A DNA stretch of 63,992 bases, the filler included, from Basidioascus undulatus (taxonomy: Eukaryota), in the NCBI GenBank assembly GCA_000826855.1. It is 6 parts of 6 records of this genome, joined end to end, with 100 filler letters (N's around TTAATTAATTAA, not from the genome) between each part and the next. Parts side by side here need not be neighbours in the genome. Positions count along the whole stretch, not along the records: positions 10,895 to 21,619 come from JTLS01001086.1; positions 21,720 to 32,506 come from JTLS01001087.1; 4 more parts are not named here. One strand, written 5' to 3'. Positions 13,400 through 26,761 of the stretch are shown here, piece after piece. The notes beneath the pieces are model-generated. The model made no database searches and was not told the DNA's origin. It worked only from the letters and a program-made list of their open reading frames with translations. The translations under genes and the position numbers were made by a program. Position 1 is the stretch's first letter, and each line of letters begins with the position of its first letter.

Positions 13400-14673
13400 G
13401 ACTGCGCGACTGCTGCAGTTCAGCCAGTTCTCGACCATCCGCATCGCTGTAGCAGTCCTCGGAGATCCACCCTCCCTGAATGTGCGCACATAACAACCCT
13501 GAAAGCCTTTGAGTTCAAAAGGTCTCCCCAGAGGCACGTCAAGGCAACCACTCTCTAGCGTGCAGGCGTGACTAATCTTCCTCAGAGTGAGTCGGAGAGG
13601 ACATTTGGCTCGAAGGGTGCTTCAGCTCGAGCGTCTATGCGAACTCGGACATCCCCAAAGATGCAGGTTAAAGACCGTCCATACTTTCCTGGAGATCACG
13701 TTCAAAAGTTCAAGCATTGTGTTGGGGAAGCCCCCGAATACCGAGGACAAGTACATGCGACATCAAAGACACAATCGCGCTTTTGCTCTTGCACCGCTGA
13801 CCGCTCTATCCCGTCCAGTCACCCTAAAACATCCTCCAAGCTCGTACACTGCCAGTCCCAGAGCGTTCCATCCCGCAACCTCTCGCGAGCCCACTGATCC
13901 ACGCCTATGCTCGCTCCTTCGTCATCGTGCGCATAGACGAAAAATTTGGCTGCGCTTTCTGCGAGGGCCGAGCTCACACGAGAGAGGTCCTGTATTACCC
14001 GTAGCTCCTTGGTGATGCTAGATCCAGAATCGCCACTACGCGTCGCAGCGCCGGGATCCTGGGCAGAACTGAGCTCCCATCCGATAGATTCCAAAGCGTA
14101 CGCTCGGATAGGATCAGTGTAGTCAGCGAAGTGAAAGCCCTGATCTGATTGGCTTCAAATGGACCCGTAGCAGTGCGGGTCATCGGAAACCTAGAGGCGG
14201 CGAAGATGCTCTGTGGCCGGTCCAAAGGCCATGCGCGGGTAAATGCGGGTGTAGGTGAGCTCCTCCAGCTGAATCCTGCCCAAAGCTCGACAACAACGAT
14301 CTACCCCTTCGAGAGACTGCGCTTTGTTCAAGACAACTCGGCGCAGGCGCGGAGCCAAGACTGCGACGAGAGCAACGAAGGACCAGATGCGTGAGCAAGC
14401 GAAGTTGTCGCCCACGCCCAGATACAACGAGTCCATGAAGCGCAGATGCGGGACCGCGGCCAGGGCGGTGAGGGGTAAGAATTTAAAGTCGTTCGGAATC
14501 ACCACTGTTCGGTACATCTGGCGGACCGCGCACTCGTTGGCGTAGTGCGAAACGAGCGTGAGCGAGCAGAGGGTCTCCCAGACAAGAGGGTCGTGCCCGT
14601 AGGCGAGCGGGTGTTGCGGCTGAGCCAGCATCTTGACGTGCGACACGATTTCGAGAGGGAGCTTCGGGGCCAT
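13400..14673 (-). pseudogene. F-box-like protein of the basidiomycete expanded type, probably disrupted; 3' end approximate
   Basis: N-terminus MAPKLPLEIVSHV..LCSLTLVSHYANECAVRQMYRTVVI. LRR-like segments continue after a TAG at 14191 in a shifted frame (FTSLTTLILSE). Confidence 0.5.
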
Positions 14674-16036
14674 GGTACGGGTTGTGCGAACAGTATGGGT
14701 CTGGTGACGAAGTGTTCGTGGTGGGAGGAGAAAGGAGACGTCTGAGGGTAAGATCCGCGAGTCATGCCGCCAGTCCGCGCCGCGCCGGACGTACCCGCCT
14801 TGGATTTAGAAAAAGGGTAGGATACGGTAAATGACCAGTTCAGTCTGACACGCCAACCTAAAGCAAAGAATGAAACGCACACAGGTTGTCCCGCATTTGT
14901 CCAGCCTGGACTATCATTGCGCTCTGAGCCTGCACTGGGGGCATCCGTGAATCCACGGTCGGCCTACTCAGACATTGCTCGAAATTCCGAGATGTAAATG
15001 GACAAAGTACCGTAAGGCACAATAATTCACCAACGCACTTACATCCAGTTCATGCTAGAACGAAGGACTACCATGCGCAGCGAGTAGTAGTAGACATCCG
15101 TCTTCGACCGCACAGCGCCCGATGTGACAGACTGTATCCCAGCGCATGACTGAGATGGAGCTTACTTCATAATTGCAGTTTACTCCATTCATGTCATGGT
15201 CCCATTAGGGCCTCACTCGTACAATTCGACTGGACAGCCAAGATGAAATATGAAACACGGCTGCGTTTCAATATGTGTCCAACGGCTCCATTCACAAGTC
15301 AAAGTTCAACTCCCAACGTGTTCCAACATAAAGGTAAATGATTTTCATATCTAAAACTCTCGGGCGATACCTCAGGCTGCTAATAATCATAGTAACCACT
15401 ATTCGGCGGGCCGTGCAGCGTGAGGCCAACGTCGGGCAAAGCAAGACCATCCACCTCTATTCCCAATCAATTCCAGGTGTTAATTCTGCCTTCTAGGCTT
15501 CAAAGTACAAGGAAACTAGAAGGTACATGAGGACAGAGGGGGGGTTGCGGGAGCAAAGAGTATGGGGACAGCGGCAGGGTTGCCGTCCAGGACCACTTCA
15601 CGCCTTTGCAATATAGTCGCCGCAGACATTGCTCATGCAGGCCAAAACTTACTTGGCGTCTAGGACTAATGGGGCCTGATCCACTATTATAGACCTGTTA
15701 GGGCGTACACTATTAGTTAACCATGGCAGCTGCGAGGTTCTGCCGCCACTTCCGCTCTGCCACCTTTGAGTCCTTACCACAACATCATGCAAACCGTGGA
15801 TCAGAAGCTTTAATGAAAATGAATGCACAAATTCTGCACTATATGTTCGACCTATCACAGTCCTGACCGGGAAGCAGAGAAGGTAAAGATGACATGTCCT
15901 CTTCATGTCTTCGTATCAATGTCCGTCCCGGCGTATACTGTCGTTTCCTTTCTCCACCGATCGTATATCCAAAGAGGGGCAACCAAATAAAACGGAAAAG
16001 AGAAAATCTGGCCAGAAAGAAGCAGGGCAGAGGCCC

Positions 16037-18083
16037 TCAGGCAGCATAGCCCGGCGGAGAGGCCAACTTCTCGTCGAGGACGGGCTGTCGGCCATGGCAA
16101 AGCGGCGATCATCAGCGTTCCGGTCTTTCTTTTTTTATTTTTAAAAAATTAATAACTTACGGGCTCCGGCGTCTTTCTACCCTTACTCAACTTGCTCCGC
16201 ACAAACTGCCACAGCCCCACAGCTGCGCCAGCCACGACGAGCCCGACTGCGGCGCCGATGAACCCAGCCGCAAGCGGGCTGACGTCCTGCCTCCCCAGGG
16301 TGCTCGCCGGGCTGGCGTCAAGCGCGTACTGCACGCGATCGCACCCGCGCGCGGACGTCTGGCCGCATTCGACACACCAGCTCTGGAGGTCCTTCACCGC
16401 GTGCGGGGAAAGGCGGTCCTCGAGCTCGCTGAGCGACAGGCGCTCCTGCCCGAACAGCGGGTACGCCGCGAGTTCGGACGGCGAGGTCAGGGACGAGTTG
16501 TGGAAGTTGAACTGCACGAATTGTGTGTTGTCGAAGGTGGACTGGCGCAGCTCGAGCGAGACGACGGACGCGTAGTCGACGATCCCCGGGAGGGTGGAGG
16601 AGAGCTCAGTGAGGTTGAAGAGGGAGAGGAACTGACGTGCGGGGCGTCAGGCTTGGAGGGAAAAAAGGAAGAGGAAGGGAAACGACTTACGGGCTTGTAG
16701 GACAGCCCGAAATAGACGAGCCTGGGGCTGGACGTGCTGTTTGCGATGTCGTTGAGTGCATCAAGGATGGACTGCGATGCCATCGCGTTTGCGTATAAGT
16801 CGTGAAGTTCTACAGTGTCTAAGCGGAGAGAAGACGCACGGGGATGATCGTCCGTCCCGCGAGGTGTCCCACCCCGCTCGGGTCAGCGTCGGTGAAGACC
16901 GCCGACTCGTGGTAGTTGGCAAGGTCGCGGGCTTTTGCCTGGGCGCAAAAAGGGGAACGTCAGAGATTTGATAATAGTGCACAATGAGGCAGTGCGTGGA
17001 CCCACCATCGTCTCGTTCGAGACTGCGTTATGGAATGTTTCGTTGTGGATGTTGTTCACGTTCACTGTGGGACACGAGCCATCAGTTCTCTGGGTTCTAA
17101 AACTGAATTTTCAAGAACGCGACGAACTGTAGTCAAAAATGTTCCACATATTGGCCAGCGAGACCTGCACAGCGCGTCCTGATCAGTAAACACCTGCCGC
17201 ACGCATACAGCGGGTCAGACGTACCGAGCGCCCGCCGACAAGTGGCTTCAAGCTCTGGAGGAACTCGGCATTGTCGTTCTCGACCTGCTTGAACGCTGCG
17301 CTGTCGTACACCTCCTGCGTGCGCTCCGAGAACGCCGGGCAGTCCGTCCACCCCTCGAGCGAGACGTCGTCCACGGGCTCGACGGACGTGATCGGCACGT
17401 AGACGTAGCCCGAGAGCGGCCTGCGTTATCGGGCGCAAGAAGGAGCTTGTTTATCAGCGGGGAGGTGTGAGGGAGGATCTTGGGGGGACGGGGGACGCAC
17501 GAGGTGATGGTCGTCCCGTTTGCCAGACGTGTGTTGGACGCGTTGGTGGCCGGGTAGAACCCTTGCAGAAGCGCCTGGGCGGAGTTGACGATCACCCCGC
17601 CTTCACCGCCCGCGCTGTTGTTCCCCGTAACAGGACTGTGAGCGCTCTCTTCTCCCAACAATCACACACAAGCAGTGACCTACTCAGCCCGGACATCCAG
17701 AAGCCTCAGGTCCGGCACGGCCGCGCTGCTCGCAAGCGCCTCGATACGGTCTGCGGAGTCCTCGGAGAGGTACCGCGCGCGGAGGGCTTGGCCGTTTTGG
17801 AAGTGCTGTGGAGAGCAGAGGGGAGAAGGCCTGAGGGGAGATAAGGGCCCCGATCGACCGGCGGGCACGCACCTGCACCTCGCCGAGGGGGGTGATGGTC
17901 GTGTGGGAGGCGGTATAGGCTGTGTTGGGGTGGGAGATAGTGAGTGCGGGTTGTATGCCAGGTAACTTCATGGTGGATGGATGAGAGGGAGCGCGAAGAC
18001 GCACACGAGTCGGACTGATAGAATCCCTGGCGGTCGCCGTGGCGGAAGAGGACGACGGCACCGAGGACGCGCGAGTCGGACAT
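16037..18083 (-). CDS. Histidine acid phosphatase (branch 2) with C-terminal transmembrane anchor
   Basis: Catalytic motif VVLFRHGDRQGFYQ. Other motifs ITPLGE, GGEGGVIVNSAQALLQGFYP, PITSVEPVDDVSLEGWTDCPAF and SYKP. TM segment AAGFIGAAVGLVVAG. The probable last exon is PVLDEKLASPPGYAA*. Confidence 0.9.
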
Positions 18084-20207
18084 GGCCTGGTGCTATTATC
18101 GAGCGGTGAAGGAAATGGGGGCAGGGTGGGAAGGAAAGAGCAAAGAGCTGAATCATGGGGCGATCGTTATTATGCGGGCCGGGAGTGCAGCCGCATGACG
18201 GCGAAGTAATAGTCGGCTGGCTATGTATAGCCCGGGGTTGACAGCAGGGCAGATAAGCTGATCGACTGATTGAGGCGAGGAGCCCATACCATTCGCTGGA
18301 GCGTCGGGACGATATCTCTAGGAGGGAGAAATGTGGAGGAAACGCATGGGCGGGGTCGATCACTGAAGGTTGAGAGAGTATTTTGAAGGGCGAATAGGCC
18401 GAGGTTGAGTCTCCATCGACTCCTCGACGTCTTGACCTGGAGACCGAGCTCGGTGTCACGATACCGACAGAGAAAAGCATTTACAGCGGGGACGCTCTGT
18501 GATCAATACCCAAGGAGGTCTGGCTTCCATGTTTGACTGTCAGCGAGGACGAGGCTGGAGGACCTCACTTCCTAAGACTGTGCGCCGTACATTGCGTGGT
18601 CAGGGAACCTACGGAAGTAATGCGCGACAGTGTCCGACGGGCTTCCAGGGCCAGAGCAAGAGGGAAAGGAAATAATTCCTATGGCGAGTAAATTGAAAGA
18701 TGAAGCTACGGAGTGTAGTTGCAAAGAGGCAGCGCACCAAGTTGCTGATCACACTGCAACCGCAGCTAACGCATGTTGGAAGGAGGCGCCTCGACGTAAA
18801 GCTGGCCCAACACAGGAGAGTGTGAACTAAAATCATCTGAAAGTTTTCTTAGATGAGTACCATTTCCCCGTCCCTCTCAGCCATGAGAATGATAGAAGCG
18901 GCTGGGCTGCTGCTCTGTCACGGCCAGAGTTCGCACCGCTGCGAGCGGCTTTCACTGACCAAGTCTGGCACACTACGCATATTCAACTTGAGATAATTTT
19001 ATGGTAATATCACTTTCGCCTTACAAGAACATCACCTTGCAGGCCACTGGAGCGCACGGCATGCCCTTTCACAACGGCAGTCACAGTGCTCACAGCAGTC
19101 CCCTGCCGTCTCCAGTCGCTCTCGCAGCTTACAGCGCATCCTGAACCGAGAGAGAATGTGCTATGAAAAATTCAGTTACCTTTTTCAGCGGTAAAGGGTT
19201 GCCGGGATGTGCAATGACGGACTTGCGAATTGCAGGGTAGGTCCACATAACTACCCCTCACGCTGCTTTTGTCCGGTCTCTTCTCCCATCTGCGCCCACA
19301 CAGACCTTCATTGCACTTACACCCTTCTTAATCATATTCAGATGCTCCCAAAAATCTAAACAACTATCTCGAAGCACGATGGCACCCTCACCATGCTCAC
19401 CCTCAACAGCTTCTTCTCATCGACACGCACAATCGGGCCCGGCAAATGACGCAATGAGCCGCGGCTCGCCAATCACATGGACATTCCAGCGCTTTCTCGA
19501 GCCCCGTGAGACCCATGCATCCTGCATCTCTGCTGGTATTTGAAGCACTCCTACTCCTGCTGTTGCGAAGGAGCGTAGAATCAGCTTCAAGTCCGGATCG
19601 TGAGTGTCCACCTCCCTTGCAATTATCTATAGCGGGGCCATAACGGGGCCAGAGAGGGGGCGTCGAGTGGGACGGCCACGCGGAAATGCATCCGAGACTT
19701 GGCTGCGAACCCCGACTGACCTTGAATCCCCTTCTTGTCCTCCTCCTCATCAGTCATCTTTCGTTCTTGGATCCACCAACCACATTGATCCGACGCCCTG
19801 TACCATCCGACGCTGTGAGTATCCGCCTTCTTGGTCTTCTTGCACAGAGACGCAGTAGAGGGGCGTCAGAGGCGCCGTGGGATGCTCGTGCCTGCAGCAC
19901 TCTCCCTCGGGTTTGTTGGGAGAACGTTGAGGAGGCTTTGGTTTGGCACCGGAGGGCCCTGTCTGCCAGAGAAGGGAGCTAATGAGCAGGGCTGGATGTT
20001 GGACTGATCAGCGCTGTCAAAGGAGAGCTTGCCGTGCTCACGCGACTGTCGTTCTTGTGCAGTGCAGCCCTCGAGCATCATCTCTGCCGCCAGGTCCCAC
20101 GTTCCCCTTGCCTTCATCCTTCCTCGATCTCCTTCCTGACCAGGGTGAGTTTCTTTTGCTCTCCCTTTCAGATCCCTTGCTAGAGCTGAAACTCTCCCCA
20201 AAGCACC

Positions 20208-21619
20208 ATGCCGACGCTCCACCACTCGCGCTCGCACCCGTCGCCGATCCTCATCCCCACACCCGCCCCGCCTCCCACGACGACCTCCCCGGCGCCTATG
20301 TCCCCATCTTTTGGCCTGGCCTCCTCGCCCAAGCCCCAGGCGCTCTCCCGCAGGAGCAGTCTGGCCTCTCACTCGTCCCAGCCGTCGGCCCTGGGCTTCT
20401 CCCGCCTCACCCTCGTCCGCGCGCCCTCGTCGGACGAGGACGATGTTGAGCAGCTGCAGGACCGGTGAGTCCCTGATAATTATCTAACTAAGATATTCTC
20501 CAGCTTACTTTGAATTGATTCTACACCTCGGAAGCGCCCACTCCCGCTTAGGCAGCCTCGGCCGGCGCGGCAGCAACGGCAGCATAGGCAGTTTCAGCCG
20601 ACACAGCTTCGCCTTCCCCCTCTCTCCCATCAACGCGGCCCCCTCCCTTCCTGGCACCTGTTCACCCCGCTCCCCAGGCGGTACGCACGCGCTCTCTTCC
20701 CGCCGCCATTCCTCCGGATACCAGCAGCGGCCGGCTGGGGCGGGGCATCTTTCGGCCCTCTCCCCAATCCGCGCGCTCTCGCCCCTGCAACCCCCGTCGT
20801 CTGGTCTCTCCCCTGAGCAAGTCGTCTCCTTCGCTGCGTCCACGCACGACCCCTCTCTGGTCGAGCACGCGCAAGCACCGTCGCACCGCCAGAGCCGGCA
20901 CCGCTCCTTCTCGCTTGTATCGGACCCCTTCACCGACCGCTCGTCCTCGCGCGGCGGGTCGCCCGTCCCCGGCGGCGGACCCTCCTCGGCACCCTCCGAC
21001 TTCGCGCACGTCCAGTTCACGCCCCAGCCGGACGACGAGCTCCTTCCCTTTGCTGCGCGCCCTACTGAAGTGCGCGCGCTCCTCGAGGCGTACGAGAACG
21101 AGGGCATAGTCAACTCGCTCGCCGACGTGTTTGGCTTCCGCGAGCCTATCCGCTTCTCCGCCCTCCCCCCTGCGCCTGCCGCCTCCTCGACCCCGCGCGA
21201 CTGGACGCTCCCCGAGCTCCTTGCCTGGCTGTGCGGGGCGACGCGCGAGACGGTCCCGGACCGCCAGTACGTTCTCCGCGCGCGGGAATGCGTGCGCAGT
21301 CGCTCCACCGCGGTATGGGAGAAGCTGGGAATGGCGCTCGGTGTCGACCCGTCGGACTTTACTGAACCCGCTTCGGAGGCTGCTACTTCGGAGTCTCCTA
21401 CCGCAGCCGGCCCCGGCTTGCGGGCGCGGCGGACCTCGACGGCGTACGTCCGCACGGGTAGCGACGACGACGACGATGCATTCAGCGCTGTCCGCGCTGC
21501 CGCGCGCGCTGCTGCCGCCGCGGGCGGCGGGGCGGACGAGGAGGGTGCGGCGGCGCAGGACGCAGAGGACGCTGCGGCTGCGCTCCAGATGGATGAGATC
21601 CCCGAGGCGCCTGAGGAAC
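20208..21619 (+). CDS. Conserved hypothetical basidiomycete protein (Ser/Pro-rich N-terminus), 3' truncated
   Basis: Long ORF with an intron from about 20465. Globular-looking block LLPFAARPTEVRALL..PRDWTLPELLAWL..RETVPDRQYVLRARECVRSRSTAVWEKLGMALGV. Confidence 0.65.
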
Positions 21620-21719
21620 NNNNNNNNNNNNNNNNNNNNNNNNNNNNNNNNNNNNNNNNNNNNTTAATTAATTAANNNNNNNNNNNNNNNNNNNNNNNNN
21701 NNNNNNNNNNNNNNNNNNN
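21620..21719. other. Artificial contig linker
   Basis: N44-TTAATTAATTAA-N44. Confidence 0.98.
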
Positions 21720-22199
21720 CCCCGGCCCCGCCGCTTCTCTGAACACCTCGTCCGCCCTCATCCTCGGCGTCCTCTCCACGTCCCTCCCGCTCCCCGCTCT
21801 CCTCGGCGTCCCCGTCCCGCTCCCATCCGTGCTCCCCTCCTCCACAGCAGCGCGCCCCGCCCTGCGGCGGTACTTGTCCCGCTCCGCGCGAATGCGGTCC
21901 AAGTCCTTCTGCATCCCCGCCTGCGTCGCGCGCTGCCGCTCGATGAGCTTCCACAGCTGGGCGTTTTGCGCGCTCAGCGTGTTCCGCTCGGCTAGCACGG
22001 CCGTGAGCGCCGCTGTCGCGTTTTGCTGGTGCGCGGCAAGGAGGACGGGCAGAGTGAGGACGTCGGAGGGAGCGGCGGTGGAGGAGGAGGAGATCGAGGA
22101 GTGGTGTGAGGGTCCGGAGGAGGAGCGGACTGGGTTAGGGCGAGGGGACGGCGCAGGGGATGTCCCTGTTGGGGGAGTGGGCGGGTTCGCGAGCGCCAT
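21720..22199 (-). CDS. N-terminus of Bem3/Rga2-like Rho GTPase-activating protein (3' truncated)
   Basis: Coiled coil ERNTLSAQNAQLWKLIERQRATQAGMQKDLDRIRAERDKY matches the N-terminal motif I recall from basidiomycete PX-PH-RhoGAPs. The catalytic domain is not in the window. Confidence 0.65.
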
Positions 22200-23719
22200 G
22201 GCCAGCTGTAAGGAAACGCAGAGGGATATCGGATCAGTGGTGTGGCTCAACAAGGGATTGTGGACTGTTTGTTCTGCTCCAGCTGAAAGCTCTCCCTCGC
22301 TACGCCCTCCACCGGCGCTCTTTCCCGTCCACCTGGAGACTACACTTCCAGGACTAGCTGCACCGCACCAGCAACTCACCTGCCCCAAATGTCCCGTACG
22401 ATGTCCGTCGTTCCCTAGTAGTCCTGCAAGCTCTAAGCCTGAAAAGCGCGAACGCGTCAGCTCGCTGGTTGTGGTCTGTGATGGGCTGACAGCCTGCGCG
22501 CAAGACAACAAGCTTCCAGCGTTCAGGTTTGACTTCCAACGGGAGGTTACTATAGTGTGTAATTCGGCGGGTAATGAAGGTGACCCGCTCCGCTGCAGAT
22601 CGTCGCGTGCATGCGCGGCGGAATGCCCCTCGAGCAATATGCGATGGGCCGGCCGTTCGCCCGCCAACGCACAATGAAGTGTACAGGAGAAGAGTGTGCT
22701 CACCTCGTATAAGCTGTACACTGATCCTTCAGCGTTGTGCTGCGCGCTCAGGCAGCGAGTCGAGGAGGGAAGACGCCCTGCCTAAGGCGCGAGAAGGGGA
22801 CGAGGGCAGCTGGGGGCGCGTGCGTCGGGCTGAGGGGAGGAGGAAGGCGGGGATTAATGCAGAGGGAGCAACGGAGACCTCCAAGCGTCCAGTGGTTTTA
22901 ATGAATAGTGCGCCCAACGGCGAGGACGAGGCCGACGATGGGCAGGACCGCCGAGGGAATGAGCAAGGCGAGGCCACGAGCGAGCGAGCGGTTGAGCGTA
23001 AACGTCCAAGAGCCGAAGGCGCACGCAGGACGCGGCAGACGCGTTCTGGCGGCCGACAGCGATATTCGGCCTACGTTTACTGAACGTTTTGACACACTCT
23101 GCTCGGTTTGCACCATGATAAAATAAGACAAACGTGTACGCTACAAAGACGGGACAGCCTGCCAGTAACGATCCTCGCGCTGGCGGCAGCCTGGCCGTGA
23201 ATTGCTTCGGGACAAGCTCTGGGCATCAGGGAGGCAGAAGAAGTTGTCTTCTGCTGATGTTGGGAAAGTAATGCACTCAGCAGGAAGCTCCATCTCTTTA
23301 AAGTTCGCCCGGTTGAGATCAATGAGGGCAGGTGAGGGAGCAGACGAGCAAGACAGTATTCCGCAAGTCGCTTTCCAGAACGCACCCTGACTGCAACTTC
23401 TAGGACTTTTGAGAGAAGAAGTGGATACCGAACACTTCAGGAGCCCGAACACCAGTGAAGGTGCTCATTGTATTGAGGGGATAGCGCAATCTTCAAGGTC
23501 GCAGCTGCCAGTCAATCTCTCACACGACTTCTATCTCAGCCTTCAAGTCGCTAAGCATGCCCAAGCACGACATTACAGAAAAAGCATTATTATGCGTATA
23601 TTAGTTTGAAATCATACAGAGGCAGCCAGAGAAAGCTTGCCGCCCTACTCCTACAACGGTCCACATTGCACTGTCCTCTCCTCTTCCTCCTCCTCTAAGC
23701 GCACCATCCCATCCCACCC

Positions 23720-24457
23720 CTAATAGCTTGATCCCTGGCGCCCCATCCTTCCCCCCTGCCTCTCCTCTCCCTTCCCCTCCCCAGCGCCCGGCGGGAGCTG
23801 CGCATGTGTGCGCGCGTAGTTGCTCTGGTCCACAAACGCCTCGCCGCCCTCCGCGGGCGACGGCGGGGCGTCCGTCGAGTGGCCCCGGTGCCCGACGACG
23901 CTGCTACTCCCCGTCATCGCGCTGGGTGCACCCCCCGCCCCCGGGGCAGAAAAGTCTGGGGAGCTTCCGAGCCAGCTGCCTTGGCCCAGCTTCGCGCGGT
24001 CCCGGTTTGCAGAGTCTAGGGGGCCGCGCTCGCGACGGGTTGACGGGTCGATGTTCTGTTGGGCTCCCAGATCAGCTCCGTATCTTTGTTCGTCTGGGTA
24101 ATACAGCCGGGAAAAGGAGATGGGGCTACTGACACTTGTGCGCTGCAGCCTCCCCCCCATCGCACGCGGACTCGACCCCCCGCTCCTGCTCGCGCTGCTG
24201 CCGTCCACATCGCCCGCTCCAACATCCGGCTGGCTAACGTCCAGCGTGCTTGTACTATTATCTCCCTCCGCCGCCGCCGCTCCTCCTCCTCCAGGAGGCA
24301 TGAGCCCCAGATCCAACTCGCTCCTGTTCGCCTCGCCGCTGCCGGTCCTCGTCGTGGGTGTCTTCTGGAGCGCCGCGTCCCCTAGGCAAATAGAGTGGCT
24401 GTCGGGGGGTGGAACGTCTTTGGGTGTGCGGCGGAAGGGGAAGCAAAGGAAGGGCAT
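23720..24457 (-). CDS. Hypothetical low-complexity protein
   Basis: ORF from MPFLCFPFRRTPKD, with a probable in-frame intron at about 24060-24140. No recognisable domain. Confidence 0.5.
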   Translation of the reverse strand: MPFLCFPFRRTPKDVPPPDSHSICLGDAALQKTPTTRTGSGEANRSELDLGLMPPGGGGAAAAEGDNSTSTLDVSQPDVGAGDVDGSSASRSGGSSPRAMGGRLQRTSVSSPISFSRLYYPDEQRYGADLGAQQNIDPSTRRERGPLDSANRDRAKLGQGSWLGSSPDFSAPGAGGAPSAMTGSSSVVGHRGHSTDAPPSPAEGGEAFVDQSNYARTHAQLPPGAGEGKGEERQGGRMGRQGSSY

Positions 24458-25038
24458 GCTCGGTGGGTTGGGGGGGTGGGGGTGGAAGAGAGTGCGGGAA
24501 CTTGGGTGTGGGGAGACGAGTTCTCTGAGGGCCGTTGGAGGGGAGAGGATAAAATGTCCGGGACATGGCTCGGCTGTGAGTTGCTTGGGGAGTGTTGCGG
24601 GATGTAGCGAGACGACGCAGCACTTAGCTTTTACAGGAGAGACAAGCTGTCGTGCAGCCAGACACTGCCGGGGAGCGCTGCGAGTTCTTCGATCATACTG
24701 CTTTCTTGACATACAACTTTCTTTCTTTTTCTTTGGCATAATATTACCTCACACCCTTTTAGCAGGCCAATGGATCAAGCACGCAGCGCAGCCGCGAACT
24801 GCAGCCACATAGAATCCGCGACACCCTTGTCATTGTACCGGATTCAAGCTGATTGTTGAAAATATTTCCTATGACATTTTACTGTGCATATACGTCTTTT
24901 CCCCTTGGTGATAGAGGTATCGTAGAAGGGGGCTCTCGTCCTTGCAGCTCACCCAGCTTTCAAACCGGCCCTAAACCACGCATGCATCCCCATGCCACTT
25001 CGCAACCTCCTTTCACTTTCAGCCTTTTTCAACCCACA

Positions 25039-26549
25039 ATGTCTTCTCACTCATCCCCCTCATCACTAACCCTTCTTCTCGCGCAATACGCCGCGCTCGT
25101 CCCCACGCGACTGACCCACTTCCCCGCGTCGCTCGATCTCGCGCGCTCGCAAGACGCGCTCATCGCGGACCTCCTCGAAAACCCTCGGCTCGCATCGTAC
25201 CCCCCTGCAAGGCAGCATCGCCATGCGTTCTGGAAGGACGTCGTGCAGAGGGTGGAGGAGGGCGTGAGGGAACACAATGGGAATGTAGAGAGCGAGGAGG
25301 ACGAACTCGTGCGTCGTTTGTCATTCTCTTGCTGTTTTTCATTTTGTTTCGCTCACTGCGACTGCGCTTTTGATAACACTAGGAAGTCGATGAACGTATA
25401 TACGACATTCTGGTATCTTCTATGAACGCCTCGGCCGACACGTTAGTCCATCGGCGGCACAACCCGCATTCCCATGCTCATGCATCTTGGTCGCGACCTT
25501 CAGCGCCCCTTCGGGCCCTCCGCCTCCCTCCTACAAAACCTACTTCTACCCCTCACCCTCCCCCTCCACGGATTATCTGAGCGCCATCACGCTGCACGAA
25601 GATCAGACGACCATATCAGCTGGCACCACCGGCCTGCGGACCTGGCAGTCGTCGCTACGCGTCGCGGCGCACCTCCTCCGCACGCCGAAGCTCCTCGAAG
25701 CCGCTGGAGGCCGCTCGGTGCGTGTGCTGGAGCTCGGCGCCGGAGTCGGGTTTCTCGGCATCCTGGTTGCGAAGCTGTTGCACGCGAAAGGGGAGGGGGA
25801 GGGGGAGGAGCCAAAGGTCGTCATGACCGATGTGGACGAGGGCGTGCTGAAGCGCTGTAGGGGCAATGTGGACATCAGTGCGTCCAACATTAAGCTGTTG
25901 TTCTGCGGAATGTTCGTCAGCTGAACCTACAGAGACTCAATTGCAGATGACTTGAGCGACCGCGTCGACGTCCGGGAACTCGACTGGGAGGAAGTCCATC
26001 TCTCGCCGTCTTCTTCAGCGTCCGCCGACTTTATACGCGCCTTCTTACCCACACTGGTTCTCGCCGCGGACGTCGTGCGTACCATTATTCTTCCGCATTA
26101 CTAACTTACAGCGACCCTTGACGACGACCGGTTGACCTCTGACAACCGTTACGCAGATCTACGACCCGACCTTGCTTCCCACACTCCTGACGGTCCTACA
26201 CATCGCGCTGGGTTCTAATCCCTCTGCATCGGTTCTCCTAGCCGCAACTATTCGCAATCCAACTACGTTCGACCTTTTCCTGTCCTTAGCAGGTGAGCGC
26301 GCGTCTCCTCCCGACCACTTCTTCGTCTCACCCTTCCGCACCTCCTCACTGTTGCTTACTTTCAACATAATATATATTCCCTTCACAGAGCAGCGCGGAT
26401 TTCAGGTTCGGCGCGAAACACTCTCACAGCTTCCCGTCTCGGAGCGCGTCTTCTTCGGCGGGGAGGAAGGGACAGGCATAGAAGACGTGCAGCTGCTGTG
26501 GCTGACATTGTTGCCGTCCGAGTCGCGGGACTCATCACCATTGATATGA
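25039..26549 (+). CDS. EFM3: Protein-lysine N-methyltransferase, EFM3/FAM86A (eEF2-KMT)-like, multi-exon
   Basis: FAM86-like N-terminal YPPARQHRHAFWK, then ISAGTTGLRTWQSS, SAM motif VLELGAGVGFLG, VVMTDVD, ELDWE, LVLAADV-IYDP and LAATIRNPTTF. Confidence 0.88.
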
Positions 26550-26761
26550 GGCCAGGGGTGTCCGGTTTTAGAACGATAGTGGTTGTTTGGCATGCAGAAG
26601 ACTGAAAGGCCAATCCTCGTTCACTCGCTCGCCTGCTCATGCAGATTCACCGCAACCCAGTGACTTGCTAGTAAGAAGACTGTCCAGCAAGCTGAAAAGG
26701 AGCTTAGGGATTCAGCGTTTGGTATACATGTAGACAATGAGCCCAACTCCAGCGCGTTCCC

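Noticed and set aside
20505..21455. Long antisense ORFs (also 9207-9968, 21829-22677, 24120-24812, 49012-49596, 51016-51699)
   Set aside because: They are shadows of GC-rich coding exons on the opposite strand, with no recognisable motifs.
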